Translations under genes and position numbers: made by a program
Shown: positions 40,855-55,500 of the stretch, piece by piece
How positions within the stretch are numbered: position 1 is the stretch's first letter
How the letters are laid out: the number at the start of each line of letters is the position of its first letter
Source: Lingula anatina
Lineage: Eukaryota > Animalia > Brachiopoda
Length of the DNA stretch: 64,000 nucleotides
Direction of reading: 5' to 3'
NCBI GenBank assembly: GCA_051362555.1
Contig: CM120640.1
Coordinates: forward strand, 5,642,001-5,706,000
The notes under the pieces: generated by a model
The model's input: only the letters and a program-made list of their open reading frames with translations
Told to the model about the DNA's origin: nothing
The model's database searches: none

Positions 40855-41048
40855 GGCTACCGTACCACGGAGATATTCCCGCGATTTCTCAGCGCCGTTT
40901 GGCTACATCCCGTATCTTTCAGGAATTACATTAGAAACAGAGAAATTTACGCACAGGGAAGGTATTGAAAAGTGACTAGATAAAAAAAGGGCGTTCGATT
41001 TTATTCCAGTAGTAAATAAATCAGAAATTGCTCGGTAGTACGGTAGCT
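40855..41048. mobile_element. Small MITE (PIF/Harbinger-like)
   Basis: Imperfect TIR GGCTACCGTACCACGGAG / CTCGGTAGTACGGTAGC. Confidence 0.55.
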
Positions 41049-43955
41049 CTATGTGCCAACCCATTATATACACGTATATAGTATCTTACGATATAAAGCC
41101 AGCTCGTCATTCCTGTATGCAACATCTCCTTAGGAGTTATTGACCAAAAGACAAAAGAGCAAAGTAATGAATGACAGTGTGCATATTGACCAACGATGTA
41201 CCCACTTACGTTTGACTATTTATATATAAGCTTCCTGCATTGTAACCAATCAGGAGAATTTAATGTTAATGAATTATGCACTAATAATGGGATACTAACA
41301 AATTAACACGACCGTGTTGCATATTAAACAAATATGAAAATGAAACTTGAATTATATAATTTTGCTCTAACAATGCCAAATTCTTTGTCAAAATTTATTT
41401 ATGTGTCCATTTTTTATTAAGTTTTCTTTACAAAACTAATGCAGAAAACCTCAGCAAAATTCTCTGGGTGCAAACCTTTTTACGATTTGTCAATTGCAAA
41501 ATAAATAGGATGCCAAATAGAAATTGATTTACAGTAAGAGGTCCGTGATCTGATACGCTAAATAATCGACACCGAATGTTTCAAAGCTGAACATGCTGAA
41601 ATTCCTTGGGACGTCCATAATTCCAATTGCTAACTAGCCTTTCAGACGTCAGGCAAACAATTGCCACTATTAGCCAAGAAAAAAGTTCTTGGTAAAATGA
41701 TAATTGGAAACTTATTGTAAACATCATGTGTAATCCCTGAGGTGTCTGAGAAAACCGCGTTTGAAATTGGTCGAGCTGATACTCTTTTTAGATAAAGCAA
41801 GAATTGATTAAGGTCCTCACGAGTGTTAATTATCGTAGCTGTTATTTTTTTAACGATTGGGCATGTCCTGGACCAATTACAATATCTTTTCCTTTGCTCT
41901 TTCCCCTTTCCGTCGTATAATATGGTATAATAAGAACAAATTCATAACACGTATTATGCATATAATATATCTTACAATGTATAACAATATTTGATAAAAC
42001 CTCAAATCAATTGACATACACAAGTGTAAACTTGGTGCTGACAGTGAATTTGTTCCTTCTCTTGACAAGCAATTATGCGGGGTAATTAAATAAATGCACT
42101 TTATACACCAAGACCTCAAATACTTCACTTAAATGTATGCTAGTCTACGGTAGTAAGTTTTGGAAGTTCTGGTAATCGTTCCTCCACGAAGACAGAGGAG
42201 ACACGAGGGAGGATAAAAGAGCACTTGTCCCTCCTTCCTCCCAATATCTCGTATTCCAATGTGTGGGCAACATGAGACATTCATAAATCTAAAGCACCAC
42301 GTAAGAAAGGCTATCTGGCAGCACTTACTGTAAGTTACATCAGGAGAAAAAAAAATCTTGTATATTACACAACTGTACAGAACACGTAACATGCATGTTA
42401 TACAAATATACTTACATGGTTCATCATGCCATTGAATGTAACCTCCACACTGCATGAATGCCTATTAGTGTTTAAAAAGTCTATTTCTAAAATGTAACCA
42501 TATTCATATTCTATAAATGAAAATATTATGTTGGATGGGTACCACCCAATCACTAAGTTAAGGCTGCTCTGAGAACATATAGGACTTAGATTGGAAGATC
42601 AAGGTGACCATCCTATCGCATTGCTGTCAATGGTAGCCTTAAAATATATTAAGTTAAAGCATCGATGCACCAGTCAGTGGGAAGTTAACAGTTTCAATAC
42701 CATACCTAAAGACAAAATATGTGATAGCATACTTCAACATCATTTTACTCACAGGTCTCATCAGAAACAAGATCCATACAAAAGACATTTATGAAAGTTG
42801 TAAGTTCACCAAATGCCTGGGTTCTCTATATATTAATATAAGAAAAATATTTCTCGAGGGATATTCCACCCTTTTGTTATTATAGTAATTCTGTCTAAGG
42901 CGATTCAATTCAGTGCCTGCATGCCTCTTAAACATGTACAACCATAGCAGAAAAGTGGAAGCAATGTAAAATTTTTTATCCAGTATGTAAAACTAGAACA
43001 AGGAGATATGAAGCCTACTTTGAAAACTCAAAGAAGAATGGAGACACGCACACAATACCAAGAATCTTGAATGTTAAGATGCTAACAGGTATTATTTGCA
43101 ATATTTAGCTCTACTAGGTGTACGCACTTGAAGTAAGGAAAATTTCCTCGAGTTAAGAAATTCAATAAGTAATTTTCTTAAAAGATTGTCTTTGTAAGAC
43201 TGGGAAATGACCCCTCTTCCATATTTGATTATTTGTAAATAAAATGAATATAACAAATAACAAAAGTAAAAAGTCACAATACTTACATACATTACTCTAT
43301 AAATCAATTTCAATTTGATTATCTGGCAAAAAAAACCCCTACAGTTGTTTTTTTAAAACTCATTATCTAAAGAATCCATACTGAGTGAAACATACAAATA
43401 TTTCTAATTTCATTTTCTAGGAATAACATTAATTTTAAATCTAGTATACATCTATTATCCCCCCCCCCCTCTTCCCATCGTTCTGTTTTTGCTTCAGGGT
43501 CTTTTAATATCACATGTTATATCTAAATATATAATGCTCCCATAACGAAGTAAAAGCAGGCCTGATGAACACTTTCTAACAGTTCAAGTCAGCAATAAAA
43601 TTAGGCAAAATAAAATATTTGAAATGCTAAATGGCTGCCCCCTAGTATACTGAACTAAAACATAATATCCAGTACAAATGAGACAGAATTCAGTACTGTA
43701 CTAGTAAGTAAATGAGGAGAACCTCTTTGTATTTCACATAAAGCATATATACATATTTGTAGTACATCAAATAAGTTTTATATCAGTCAGTGTATTTGTG
43801 TGCCTGAACTTTCTTTGTCAGGATGTCACAACATAAGACTGTAGAAGGAATATAATGGTCTCTGCTCAGTCAGAAAATAGAGAAAGGTCCATGTAAGTCG
43901 ACGTAGCATCCAAAATTTGGGAACTACAGCATCAAATCAGACATCTATTGACAAT

Positions 43956-44059
43956 TCACATTCTTCTCGGTCCTTGTGCGAATAACACCCCTTGGTACAT
44001 GATTCCATTTATTTCCATGCTAACAACTAGGGAATTGTCAAAATCAGCCCGGCCATCAC
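43956..44059 (-). CDS. ARID3: ARID3 terminal coding exon (REKLES-beta)
   Basis: DGRADFDNSLVVSMEINGIMYQGVLFAQGPRRM*. Confidence 0.92.
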
Positions 44060-47000
44060 CTAAAATAAACAAAATAACCCTGATTTAATTTGTGCAGACC
44101 AAAAGTGAAAAAATTAACGAGCATGCGAAAGAATGGTGGAAGAAAACTGGTCATCTTTGAATATTTGCCAAAGTATTTTCCACCATACCTTTTAGGAAAT
44201 AAAAAAATGAAAAACCTCTTCATTTAATACCAGTGAACTTCTATGACAGAATTCAATTCATATATGCTGACTGCAATATTTGACTCCGTAGATTCTTATG
44301 CAAACCAGAAGTATGTTCCCCCTCCTTTTTAGGTTAATGTTTTTTATTACCCAATACTTTGTTGATTTTTGAAAAAAGCACCTGTCCCCCACGGCTACAT
44401 TGTAGATGGTAACAGATTCAAATCAAGATAATAAAAATCACACCAGATTTACAGCCTTTCTTACAAGAAAATCCATTAATTTTTCATAGAGAAATGGTAC
44501 TGTCAACCCTCCAGAGCCAAGAAATTGTCCACAGATATAATAAGCACTTGAATGTATAACTGTCAGTTAATGACAGTGACCACAGGCGAAAAAGGTGTAT
44601 GCTGTCAATTGTATGATATACCTTAAGTAAACACAGGTGGCGCTTCAATTCTTGCCGAGGTTCACCAAGCAAAACCATTGCCACACTAAACAACTAGTTA
44701 TAGTTTCATCGGTGACATGAGAAGACTATAAAATATAAGACTAGCCCTCAGCCCTATCAATTGTCACCATTATTTATCAAGTAGATATCAGATGATAATA
44801 TCTATCATTACCTTCAATGGTTAACTGCCATTGTTCTGCCGTCTCATTTTTGGGGACTTGAGAAATGGTTCTAGTTGAGTGCAACAATTGTTCAAACCAT
44901 GGTGGTGAAGAAATATGCTATTCCTTGGGGGAATACTCAGACGAAAGTCATGACAGTTACAGGGCTATAATTTATAATGGGGAAAGGTGTGATCTACTTT
45001 GGGATGACTTTTAGCACCTTATCATTAAAGTATTAAATTTCACTGTGGCTCCTCCAAGACGAGAATGTCTGTTCCAGAATTATGTGTTATAATAATACAT
45101 TACATATGATACAGGCACATCGTGATACTGCTTCATGATATAGATGGAAAAAAGTTAACAGACCAAAGAGAATGATGATGAAACTTGCACATTAGTAAAC
45201 AATTTAACAATGGGACACTTTCTCGTTGAACTCTGGAAATGATACACATTTCATATTTGTTGACTAAAGGGTTTTCTCGTCTCTTAGATAAAGGTAATAC
45301 ATGAGTACCCACATTCAAAAATAGATGGAGTAGATAATTACACTAAGCAGTGATGTGCTTCTATTTTAAAACACATCTACAGTATAACTCAAATTGAAAC
45401 GCAAGGAGCTGCTATTCAAAACACCAAACATACAGATTTCTGAACCTGAGGTAAATTATTTCACTTTGGTCCACATGGGTCATATTTAATAATTTTGTAG
45501 TTTTTGAATTCATGCCAAGGTTCCAGAATGATAAAAAAATGATTTCAAAGTATTTTTGTCTTCATTCATGTTTCAAAAATGCACAAGTATGATGAACCAA
45601 AACCTTTTTTTGTTAATTACACTTGTGTTAGGATTTCCTAACCCATAAAGAAACATTTTATATCAAAACTAAGTTTTGTATATAAACATACCAGGATTCT
45701 CTCATAGAGATAAAGCAATTGCATGTAGATAAAAGCTGTAGTAACAAATGCATTACAAATGTCTAGGGGTATAGATCTGTGGAAGTTCAAACAACAAAAC
45801 GACCACTTACTTCTGCTTGTTACTTTCAAATGTGCGCTAGGCATCCCTGCATGTGCTAAAAGTCTTTGCTCTTCAGTCATGGGAACATGAAGACGCTTCA
45901 TTGGCGCATCACTATCGGTATCCCTGCCTCTTTCTAAGTCTCTTTCCCGCTCACGCTCTCGTTCTCTTTCCTTGTGTACCCTCTCTCTTTCCCTCTCTTT
46001 TTCCTTTTCTTTTTCGATGGCAGACTTTGTCAGGGCCTCCATCTTACGTGTGGCCTCTTCCATCGCCCTTGATGCAGCCTCCATTGCTAGAGCATCTCGC
46101 TCTGAAAGGTTTGAGGAGGAGAGGCGAGGGTGTTTGGCAAGAGGGGTTGTGGGTGAGGTCTCTTCTTCACCTGTGGGCGAAGAAAATTTTTCTTGTTTGA
46201 ACATCATGTTCCACCAAGGTACGTTCCAGAATTTACTCCACATCATCATAGCTGAAAGTGGGAGAATGATGGACTGTAGTTTTTGTCAGTTTACTTCTCC
46301 ATCCCCACAATGTAGCACCAATAGTTGGTGTATCTATTTCATGTCTAGCTTTGCACAGTTTTGACTATTCTAATAAAATCTGGCCCTATAAAACTACTCT
46401 GTGATGTGTGGAGTAAATTCTGAAGGTTTATATAATAATATCCTAAGACTGACAGTGGTGCATTCTAATAAGTCTTAGAGCATACAACATGAAATGTTAA
46501 TAAATAAATAATTTGAAAATTTAGAACATTGAAAACAAAACACAATCAAAACAAATTACCAAACAGCATATCACAGTGAAGAAGTCATAAACAACTGTTT
46601 TATTTCTTTTCAAGTTTTAAAGCTAGATAATTAAATGCATTAAACAAACAGTGGTTACTGGTAGTTATTTGATCATATAATGAATGCAACTTGAGTAATT
46701 AATAACATTTTTGATTAACTTTTTTTACATATATAACATAATCCTTTGGGTATTTCTTATGAAAATACAACACATGTTTTGCGGTCAATAATTTCCAGCA
46801 TTTCATTTTATATTCATAATTATCCAAGCCTCTTGGGGGACTATTAAAGAAGGCACTGCAACATAAAACAGAATGTTCTTTTTTTGTTGTTGTTTCTCAT
46901 AAGAATAGTCCATTTGTTAAAGAGAAAGCAAATGTTTAATTTCTTTCAATCAAAAGCTGATTTAACCACATTTACCATATTATTTTAGTAGACCTAAGTA

Positions 47001-47975
47001 TCATAAAAGGCATAAAAATAAAGGTGGAATATATAAATATCTTTTAGATTTTTTTCAGGATAGTGCTTATCCACTCATCACACAGGTAAATAACATTTGG
47101 TACCATGCATACTGTAAAATAATTATAAAACAAAACAAAACAAAAATAATTACATTTTATTTTTTTTCTTTTTTATGGAACAAACAATGGTTAAAATAAA
47201 ATCACAATAAAAAAAAAAAAAAAAAAAAAAAGCACAAGCACAGAAAAATAAAAATATAAAGAAAAAGTTAGTCTTACCAGAAGATCCACAGCTACTGGTT
47301 TTCCCACTGCCCATTCCATTTAAGCCACCATTCAGTCCATTGCTGAGTGCAGAGCCAAGGCTCCCATTCAGACCATGAGCACCAAGGGAACCATTCAGTC
47401 CAAAGTGGAACCCGTTTAGTAGTCCACCATTGAGGTGATGTGTTTGTGGTGGCACCAGTGTTGGAGCACCAGGAGACGCGAAGTCGTAGCCGTAACTAGG
47501 CCTGCGTCCTTCTCGCCGATTGCCATCAATGGCTGCTTGCAACTCTGATGGAGTGCTTAGTTTTAATTTCTCACATTCAAATGGGTAGAGGTATTTCATG
47601 TATCTGGAAAAATTTTACGTCATCTTTTCATTATAAAAAGTTTCCTAAAACATTTTTGGTTCTTGTCAAGAAAACATTGTTGTAATTGCAATGCAGAGAC
47701 TTACACAAACATCAATAAACAAAAGTAATTCCACTAGCAGTTATAGTATGGACTTTTGGTTAAAAGAAAAAAGGAAGAAAACAGCACTTACTGTGTCCTT
47801 AATGTAAATGCAGCACTTGTGATAGAGGATGGTAAGTTGAGTCCTTTGGTAATCTCACGCCAAAGTTTCTTGTTGATCACTTCCACCAATCCTCCTTTGG
47901 AGACAACCAATCTAAACAATTCATATAAATCCAGTGTCTGCTTTGCCATGATTGGGATTCTGTTGACAGGTGTGC
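43956..47975 (-). CDS. ARID3: ARID3/dead ringer (retained) transcription factor, last four coding exons; 5' exons lie beyond the right edge
   Basis: Exons 47792-47975, 47278-47603, 45811-46170 and 43956-44059 splice in frame. They give the extended ARID (TPVNRIPIMAKQTLDLYELF...SAAFTLRTQYMKYLYPFECE...AAIDGNRREGRR) and REKLES-beta (SLVVSMEINGIMYQGVLFA). Confidence 0.95.
45811..46170 (-). CDS. ARID3: ARID3 exon with REKLES-alpha-like segment and ER-repeat
   Basis: TRKMEALTK...AHLKVTSR; GTAAGT donor, in phase. Confidence 0.88.
47278..47603 (-). CDS. ARID3: ARID3 exon, eARID end plus Gly/Leu/Asn-rich repeats
   Basis: YMKYLYPFECEK...IDGNRREGRR. Confidence 0.93.
47792..47975 (-). CDS. ARID3: ARID3 exon, ARID domain core
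   Basis: Canonical ARID3 sequence; AG and GTAAGT boundaries. Confidence 0.95.
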
Positions 47976-50900
47976 CTGAAACGAAAACATTTCAATTCAT
48001 TAGGTTAATCCATGTATTCATACTTGATTGAAATTTCACAAAGATGTGATTGCCAGGTTCCACATAGTCTGCATGGCAATACGATTTTGTTTCATTTACT
48101 GTCCTTTATCTGGGAGTGCAGATACTGCATTTCTTGGCGCAACCTTTGTTAGTCGCCTTTGCACTATGCTCAGCTGAGAACCACTTGCTCACTGTTTGAA
48201 ACAACAAAAAGTTTTTTTAAATAAATGAAGACATGCATTTCACAAGTGAAGAATAATGTTTTGTAGTTCCTCTGGAAAAAAATTACCAAGATCTCAATCC
48301 GTTAAACCTATTTTACATTGAGCCGTTCTTGTAATTCAAATCTTTCAAGAGCAAACAAACTTAAAAATCAATTTCAGGTCAATGAAACATAGGTCGTAAT
48401 TGAATTTGCAAAGGAATTATCTCTGATTGAAATTTGATTTTCTATTTTGTTATCTAGAAATCTTATCTGAATCCAGTGTAGTTTTCAAGTCAATTGGGTA
48501 TTTGTATGCATTACACATTCAGGCAACAAGACCTGTTGACCCAGACTAGTGCCTCAAATAATAAATTCTCTTTAGAAGTATTATTTGACTTATCACTCAT
48601 GAAAACTTCATTGAAATAATCACCAAATGATTCTGACGGCATTTCACGAGATGACACAGATATTTCAGCACGATTACATAAGATTACTATTAGCACAGGG
48701 ACTGAATGAGGCACGTAATGACCTTATAATTATCAGAGGCTTCATTATGTGTAATTGAGTCATATGAACCATCATTAAAATGACAAATGATCAAGAAAAA
48801 TTACTAAAGACAGATTTTAGAAAGCAGTTATGCAAGATGTTGAATCTAATAATGCACAAATGTAATGGAAGTTTTGTGAAAGATTATTTCCATGGAACAA
48901 TTTCTTTGTTTTCACTTGTTTTTCTGTTTGTCGTACTTCGACATTCAGTCAAGGCAACACATTGTCATTTCATCCCTTTTCCTCAAGTTTGATTATATGA
49001 TGTCCATTTATTCCCTTTAGTACACTGATGATTTTAGAAGCATGTTCTACAAACATTTATATCTCACAATAATCTATCAAAGCTGGACTATTAAAGCTGT
49101 GATAGATTCTGTGGCATGGAGTTCAGAGACCCCATTACTGCTAGTCCCTCAAGAGAGAGTTACTTTATTGAGTGTGGAGCTGCAACAGACAGTAAATTAA
49201 TGGTAAAAATCAAATCATCGGCCTCTCTCAATATGCTTCAGTATTCTCCACAGACCATCACCAAACTACCAAGATAATATCAAAATGATATTAGACTCAG
49301 TGAAGGTGATTTGGGTTGATATAAATGACTAAATATTTTCATATCTGGGAAATAGCTTCACACCTCATATCTCTCTTGTCAGCTGAGGCCCACACCTTGC
49401 CATAGAGACATTCCCAAATTGATATTGGAATTAGAAATTATACATGGATTGAAGATATAATGCAGAAAGGGAGCTGGTCCTCTAGGACACATCAACTTCC
49501 ATTTTCAGAGATCTATCACTGGAAGATAATAAGAACAGAATGATAATGCAAGAAAGGCAAAAAAGACACCATGATTGGTTTATGAAGTTTTTTTTTTTGG
49601 AATACTGTAGGCATGGGTTCTGGTAGCATTAGTTTAACCTAATTGCAAGGGGGTAAAATGTTGTCCAAGTTGTAACCCTTTTAAATTAGGAAATTCAAAA
49701 ATTGGAAAAGAAGAAACATTTGCTGCATTGATTGTTGACAGATATAAACAGTGTTTGGGCATATATAAACATTCAGTTTAAACCACAGAGACACAGAAAA
49801 TAGACATGCAGATACATTTGTTCAGGGGAAAAATCAAATTGTGGAAAATACTTAGGAAGTTTCAATAAATATCCAATGTGCAATCATGTCCTTTTGGATT
49901 TGAATCGTACCAACCCTATTTCCACACAGTCTGAAATATGGATTGAAATATTTTTGTCCCACTTACAACTTTTGAATTAAAATATCTTAGTTTTTAAGAA
50001 ATGCACATTTAAGTATAGAAACTATTCAGTTAAAAAAAGGAATTAAAAAAAATATGAATCATCAAAAAGAAAAAATAACAATCCATACGTAGCTTACTGG
50101 ACATGGGTTAACATGCAATGCGATTTTCTCAACATTACAAAGAATTTTTCTTTTAACAACATTTCAAAATGACATATATCCATTTTTTCATTTCTTCACA
50201 ATCTTACAATTTTTTCAGTAATGTATGTTAACTATATATAGCAAACAATATGCAAATACATGGTTGCATAACAGGCTATCTTGTCAAAAGGTGTTTCAAA
50301 ATTAAAATGGACATTGGCTTGGCTGATGGTGGACAAGGGGCAAGCCAGGTGAAGGTTTTGCCCTGGAGTGAGATGGCTGCACTAAATCATTAGGACAACA
50401 TCATTTAAAGCCCAGAATCTTCAGATGTTTTCTTTAGATTAGGATAAGTTAAGATTACACAGATATGATGGAAACCTGTTCACAGAAGACCCTACAGCAA
50501 CTACTTCCTGAGAAAAACATACATCTTCAATCTAACTAAGGCTGCAAGTGCCTCTTCAACTATCTTCCAATTTAACAAGATTGGCTTGCCCTGGAAATCA
50601 GATGTTTTGGGGCACTAAGAAAGATTTCACAAAAATCCAAAATGTGATTTAATGACAGTCAAATAAAATAACCTTTTTGATGTCAATTTGGCTTAGAACC
50701 AACAGGGGAGTTTTGCTATTTCCTGACACCCGTTGTTTTTGCAACCACTGGTAAATGTTCAGGAGGCTGCTGGACCAATACATCATCAGATGAAAAATCC
50801 ACAAGCCAATTATTCCCACAGATCATATCAAATGCCAGTCTTGATTTTTCTCTGGAAATTAAAACTAAATCTTTAATTTCTTTCCCATCTCCTGTCTAGT

Positions 50901-52465
50901 TTAGACTGCCTTCTGTGTGTCTCCACTGTGACCTTGATTGATTGCTGCAAGTCATTATCTGTCTAATAAACAACCAATGTGGTGTACTGGGATTGCTACA
51001 TTTTATTGTATTTGTTTCTATTAAATTAGGATCAGTAAAATGCCCCGGTTTCAAAACCTACTGGTCTGAAAGTAATGGTGTGGAGGTGCCAAGTCCTGCA
51101 AATTTCTCACAACCCCTGAAGATTAAAGGATTCCCCTTTGACAAAATTCTCCAAAGAGCCCATCTATAAATTTTTGAAACCTAATAAACTCCAAATGAAA
51201 CTAATTTTTGTCCATCAGGTTCCCGCAATAAATAGTATTAAGCCCTATTAAAGTGCTGAGCAAGATCTGGAATCAATGAAAAGTTTGATTGCCTACATCT
51301 GCTCACGCTAATTATTTCTTTGGTAGAATGTGATTAGGTCGTAGCATAATACAAAACCCAGAGTGCAATGCCGAAGTTCTAAACTCTTTAAAAGATGCTT
51401 CAGTGCACAAATAAAGATTATGTCCAACTGGGGGTATGTCTAGAAATTCTGATATTTTCTGGATTCTATAATCATGAAATCAATTGCAAGAAGGCCAATT
51501 TTGGGCAAATGTTGTTCACTTTTGAAGTGATTTGCAAATTGTCCACACCCTCTTTTACTGTGATAAGGCTGTGACTGCTGCCAATGAAACAATGGATATC
51601 ATTATATTTAGCATGATCATTACCACCAATATGGCTAATTTAAAATGGTTATATGCAAATTTAAAAATGGATGCAAGGAAATGTTGTTAAAAATGCAATA
51701 ACAGCAACAGTTAGCAGGAAATGAATAAATAAAATAAATTGTTTTGCATCTGAATTAACTTTCTTTTCCAATTTCAAGTTGACGTCATATCCGCAACTTT
51801 ATGTACATTAGTCCCAGGTATCCATTTTGGCAATGATTAAAAAAGAGAACAAGATCGAAATAAAACATGCCCAAACCATGAAAATAACTTCTAATGCAAA
51901 TACACAGTTTGAGCAGTGAAAGAAACCATCCACAAATAAACCCTGAATGTACTTCGGGTGACTGCAAATTCAAGCATATTTCTAGAACCTGAATTTCCAT
52001 TAGTGGGAGGGGTTCATATTTTCACCAGCTGTAGTGTGACATTACTACCCTATTTCATTGAAATGTTTTCCCTTTTTTCTAACTAAACTTGATGAGCCGT
52101 GACCATCCATGTGGTGGAATCATAAATTATATGTACTTCAAAACATGGCGAGGTCCGGTGGTTCTGCACTCAGTGCTGCGTAGAATTTCAGATATCCCTT
52201 AGAAGAATATAGATCTAACTTCTACAGGAAGCAAAATTTAAGCTGAAAAACTACAGTAAGTTAACACAAGTAATTTCCTCTTTGATAATAAAAGTGATTA
52301 TTATAAATAAACAAATAGACCTAATATTGATGTCATCAGCACGCAATAACTTTTATCCACTCACCCACCCTCCTGCTTATCATGGTCTATCAATATGCAA
52401 ACTAAAACAAATAAATGATACCTTTCAAAAATCACTCTATTTTGAAAATTGTACAAAATCTGGCA

Positions 52466-52502
<37 letters not shown>

Positions 52503-55500
52503 CTTTAAATCACAACTTGTAACTAAGAAGAGGAACTTTATCAACCTGGAAAAGTAGAGAAGATGACTAACAACCACATACTCATTTCACTTAGATTACC
52601 TGGAAATTTATGACGCATAATCAGCCATGCATCATAACAAACATTCAATTTTCAAGACATTACTTTTTTTATGATGGTTTACATAAAATTGATGGAACAT
52701 GTCAATGTCTGCTAAACAAATTACCAAATAAATATCGAGATTTTGGCGAACCATGAATATTTTAATCAACATTTCTCAGCCAACTGCCACATATCTTTTG
52801 AAGAACATACAGGCATATAATGAAAAAAAAAATAAATACACGGGCAAACATTGGAAACCAGTTTTTGCCTATGATTAACCTCATGAATAAACAAAAACCA
52901 TTGTCTCCAAGAGACAAAGAGCATTTTCTAAATTCAAAAATTACTGTGTCCTGCATAGAAAAGTAGATGAGCACACAAAGCCTGCAGCCAAATTAAAGGA
53001 TATTTTTACCTTAAATTATCTCTGATGAGATTTGTTCTTAAAAATGTTTGTTTATGTGCAGTTTAATAGTCAAATAAAAATTATAAATAAAGTTTTCTAC
53101 ATATAAACATTTAAATAGGCTCAAACATGCAAAATACCATTTAATATTCACTGACATAAAAAACCAATAAAAAACCTGTAAATACCATGCAAAACCAGAG
53201 GCTTTTCGGAAGTGAGAACGCAAAATCAGCAAAAAAAATTCAGTAAAATTAGAAGAAAGATTTATGGTCAGCAGTATATCAAATACTATTCAAAGACAAA
53301 CAATCTATTTTTTAATGGCTCAAAACTTTGACCACCAAAAAAATCTGTCTAATTCTTTCAATTGATATCAACAGGGTGCCATTATATCAGCTCAATGTAT
53401 AAACTTACTAGCTGAACTAACAAGAAGAAAATAAACCATGGCTGGTGGCAGTTAATTTGGACTTAATTTGAAGTTATATGAAAGAACAAAATTCAATACT
53501 TCTAAAATTTAAAAATAAATGGATTTGCCCTCATACCCAGACAAAAGCCTCTGGCATAGGTATCAAACCATCAATCACCACAACAAATAGGGACAACAAT
53601 ACAAGTTAAAAAAAAGATAAAAAGAGAAAAAAGAAAGAAAAACTGTAGGAAGTATAAAGTGATCAATCTTATAAATGGGAGGAAAATATCGGAAATAATG
53701 GTAGATATCAGTCTGCCTCATTATCTGACCCTCTGAACATCTTAAAACTTGTATGAAGCTTTTGTTCATTTTCTTTTTTTTTGCCATATGATCTATTTCC
53801 TTAATACACACAACTACAATTATCTCCCGTTCTATTTTCACAAGTTGGTCACTTGCATATGTATACTTACAAGGAAATGCTATATGGGTAAATAATGTAT
53901 TTTAGGTATATCAGAATGGGATGAATACAAAAATGCCCTTGTAAATACATCATGAAATTGTTCAAGCGAATTTCAAACAGGGTTTATCTGCAAAGAAAAA
54001 CTTGTCATTTCTATCACATCTTGCTGAATATTTTCCTTTAATCTCTAGTCTTTTTTTTTTTTTTTTTGATAATTCCAGTGTCCAAACACATTGTGCTGTT
54101 CATTACTTAGTGTTTTCCTACCAAACTACAATGACAGAAAGCATCTTACAATTAAAATGATTACAAACTATTTTATACTTTTCTTCCATGGGAATCTGGT
54201 AAAAATACAAATAAACACTTTTTTGCAACTTAATAGTTCATTTTTCAGAAACCTGATCGCAGAAAAGCAAAATCTTTGATTTATGAAGAAAACAGTCGTC
54301 ATTTTGGCATAATGTATGATAATGGTAATGGCAGGTTACGGCGCCAATATAAGGCTGAAATGTCTTTCAAGTGTAAATTGTATGAGAGCAATATTTCGGT
54401 TTTTCTTTTTGATTTTTTCACATTGCCTTTAACTATTGGAAAAAACTTCCTTTCATGTCAATACCACTCAAAGCGTATAACCTTTAAGTACATACAGATA
54501 TAACAATATTAAGAGATAGGGCCTATTGTGATTTTAAAGCATGGGTATTGTTCGGTTTACCAAGGCTTTTCAAGATTTAAGCGTTATAAATGAAGTGGAA
54601 ATAAATCCTCATTTTCAACATATACAATAACAGATCAAATACAGCACTTCAGATAAGTTAGAACAGAGCAGGTCTTGCACTATATCTTCCAACTTTATCA
54701 TATTCTTTCAAAAGCACTACAAGAACTATTGTGCTAAATCAAGCAAACAATTTTAAGATCAGGACATGTACTTATTTGATATTTTCTAGTTCACATGCTC
54801 TCTGGCCCTTTTCGAAGAACATTATTTTCAGAGAGCAAATAACACATTTTTGTAGTGTTTATAGGCAGTAACATTTGGTCTCATATTCAGCCAATGAGTA
54901 TTGATGAATGCTCGCAGCCTACAGCATTCTGAATCTCCCAAGGAAGAGCTGATCTGATAGATCACATAACACGGCACCTGTCTTTGAGCATGTAATTCAC
55001 AGATTAGCTATGTAATTAGTAAAGGTCCTGGTTGCTTTTCAATTATCAGCATGTAAACCACCCAGCAGTGAATAAATGATCAGATATTCACATCACAAAT
55101 AATTGATATACACATGTATGATATATAATCAAACCAAACCCCACAAATAAAACAAGATGTAATATGCCAATTAAGACCATCTCAAAACCTGCTGTCATCT
55201 ATGCTCCTTTACTGAGCCACAAATTTCCAGAATTTGAAATTCCATTGATTGTAATTGGTTGGTTGTTTGCCAATTCCTACCTGATAATAATTTTGTTGGC
55301 ATTTAACATATACAGTTTTGTTATATATTATATGATTTGGATTTTACAGGAACACCTACTAGAACACCTGTTTTTCACTCAAATTGCATTCATTAAGGTG
55401 TACCCATTACAGGACCATTGTGTTTGATATGCCAAATCCTCAACTTTGCACAGCTGTCACTATTTAAGAACGTAGACAGCAGGAGAATTAGAAAAGTTTT

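Noticed and set aside
41390-43955. ARID3 3' UTR extent and polyadenylation or miRNA sites
   Set aside because: AATAAA-like and seed-like words are frequent by chance in AT-rich DNA; the transcript end cannot be fixed without RNA data.
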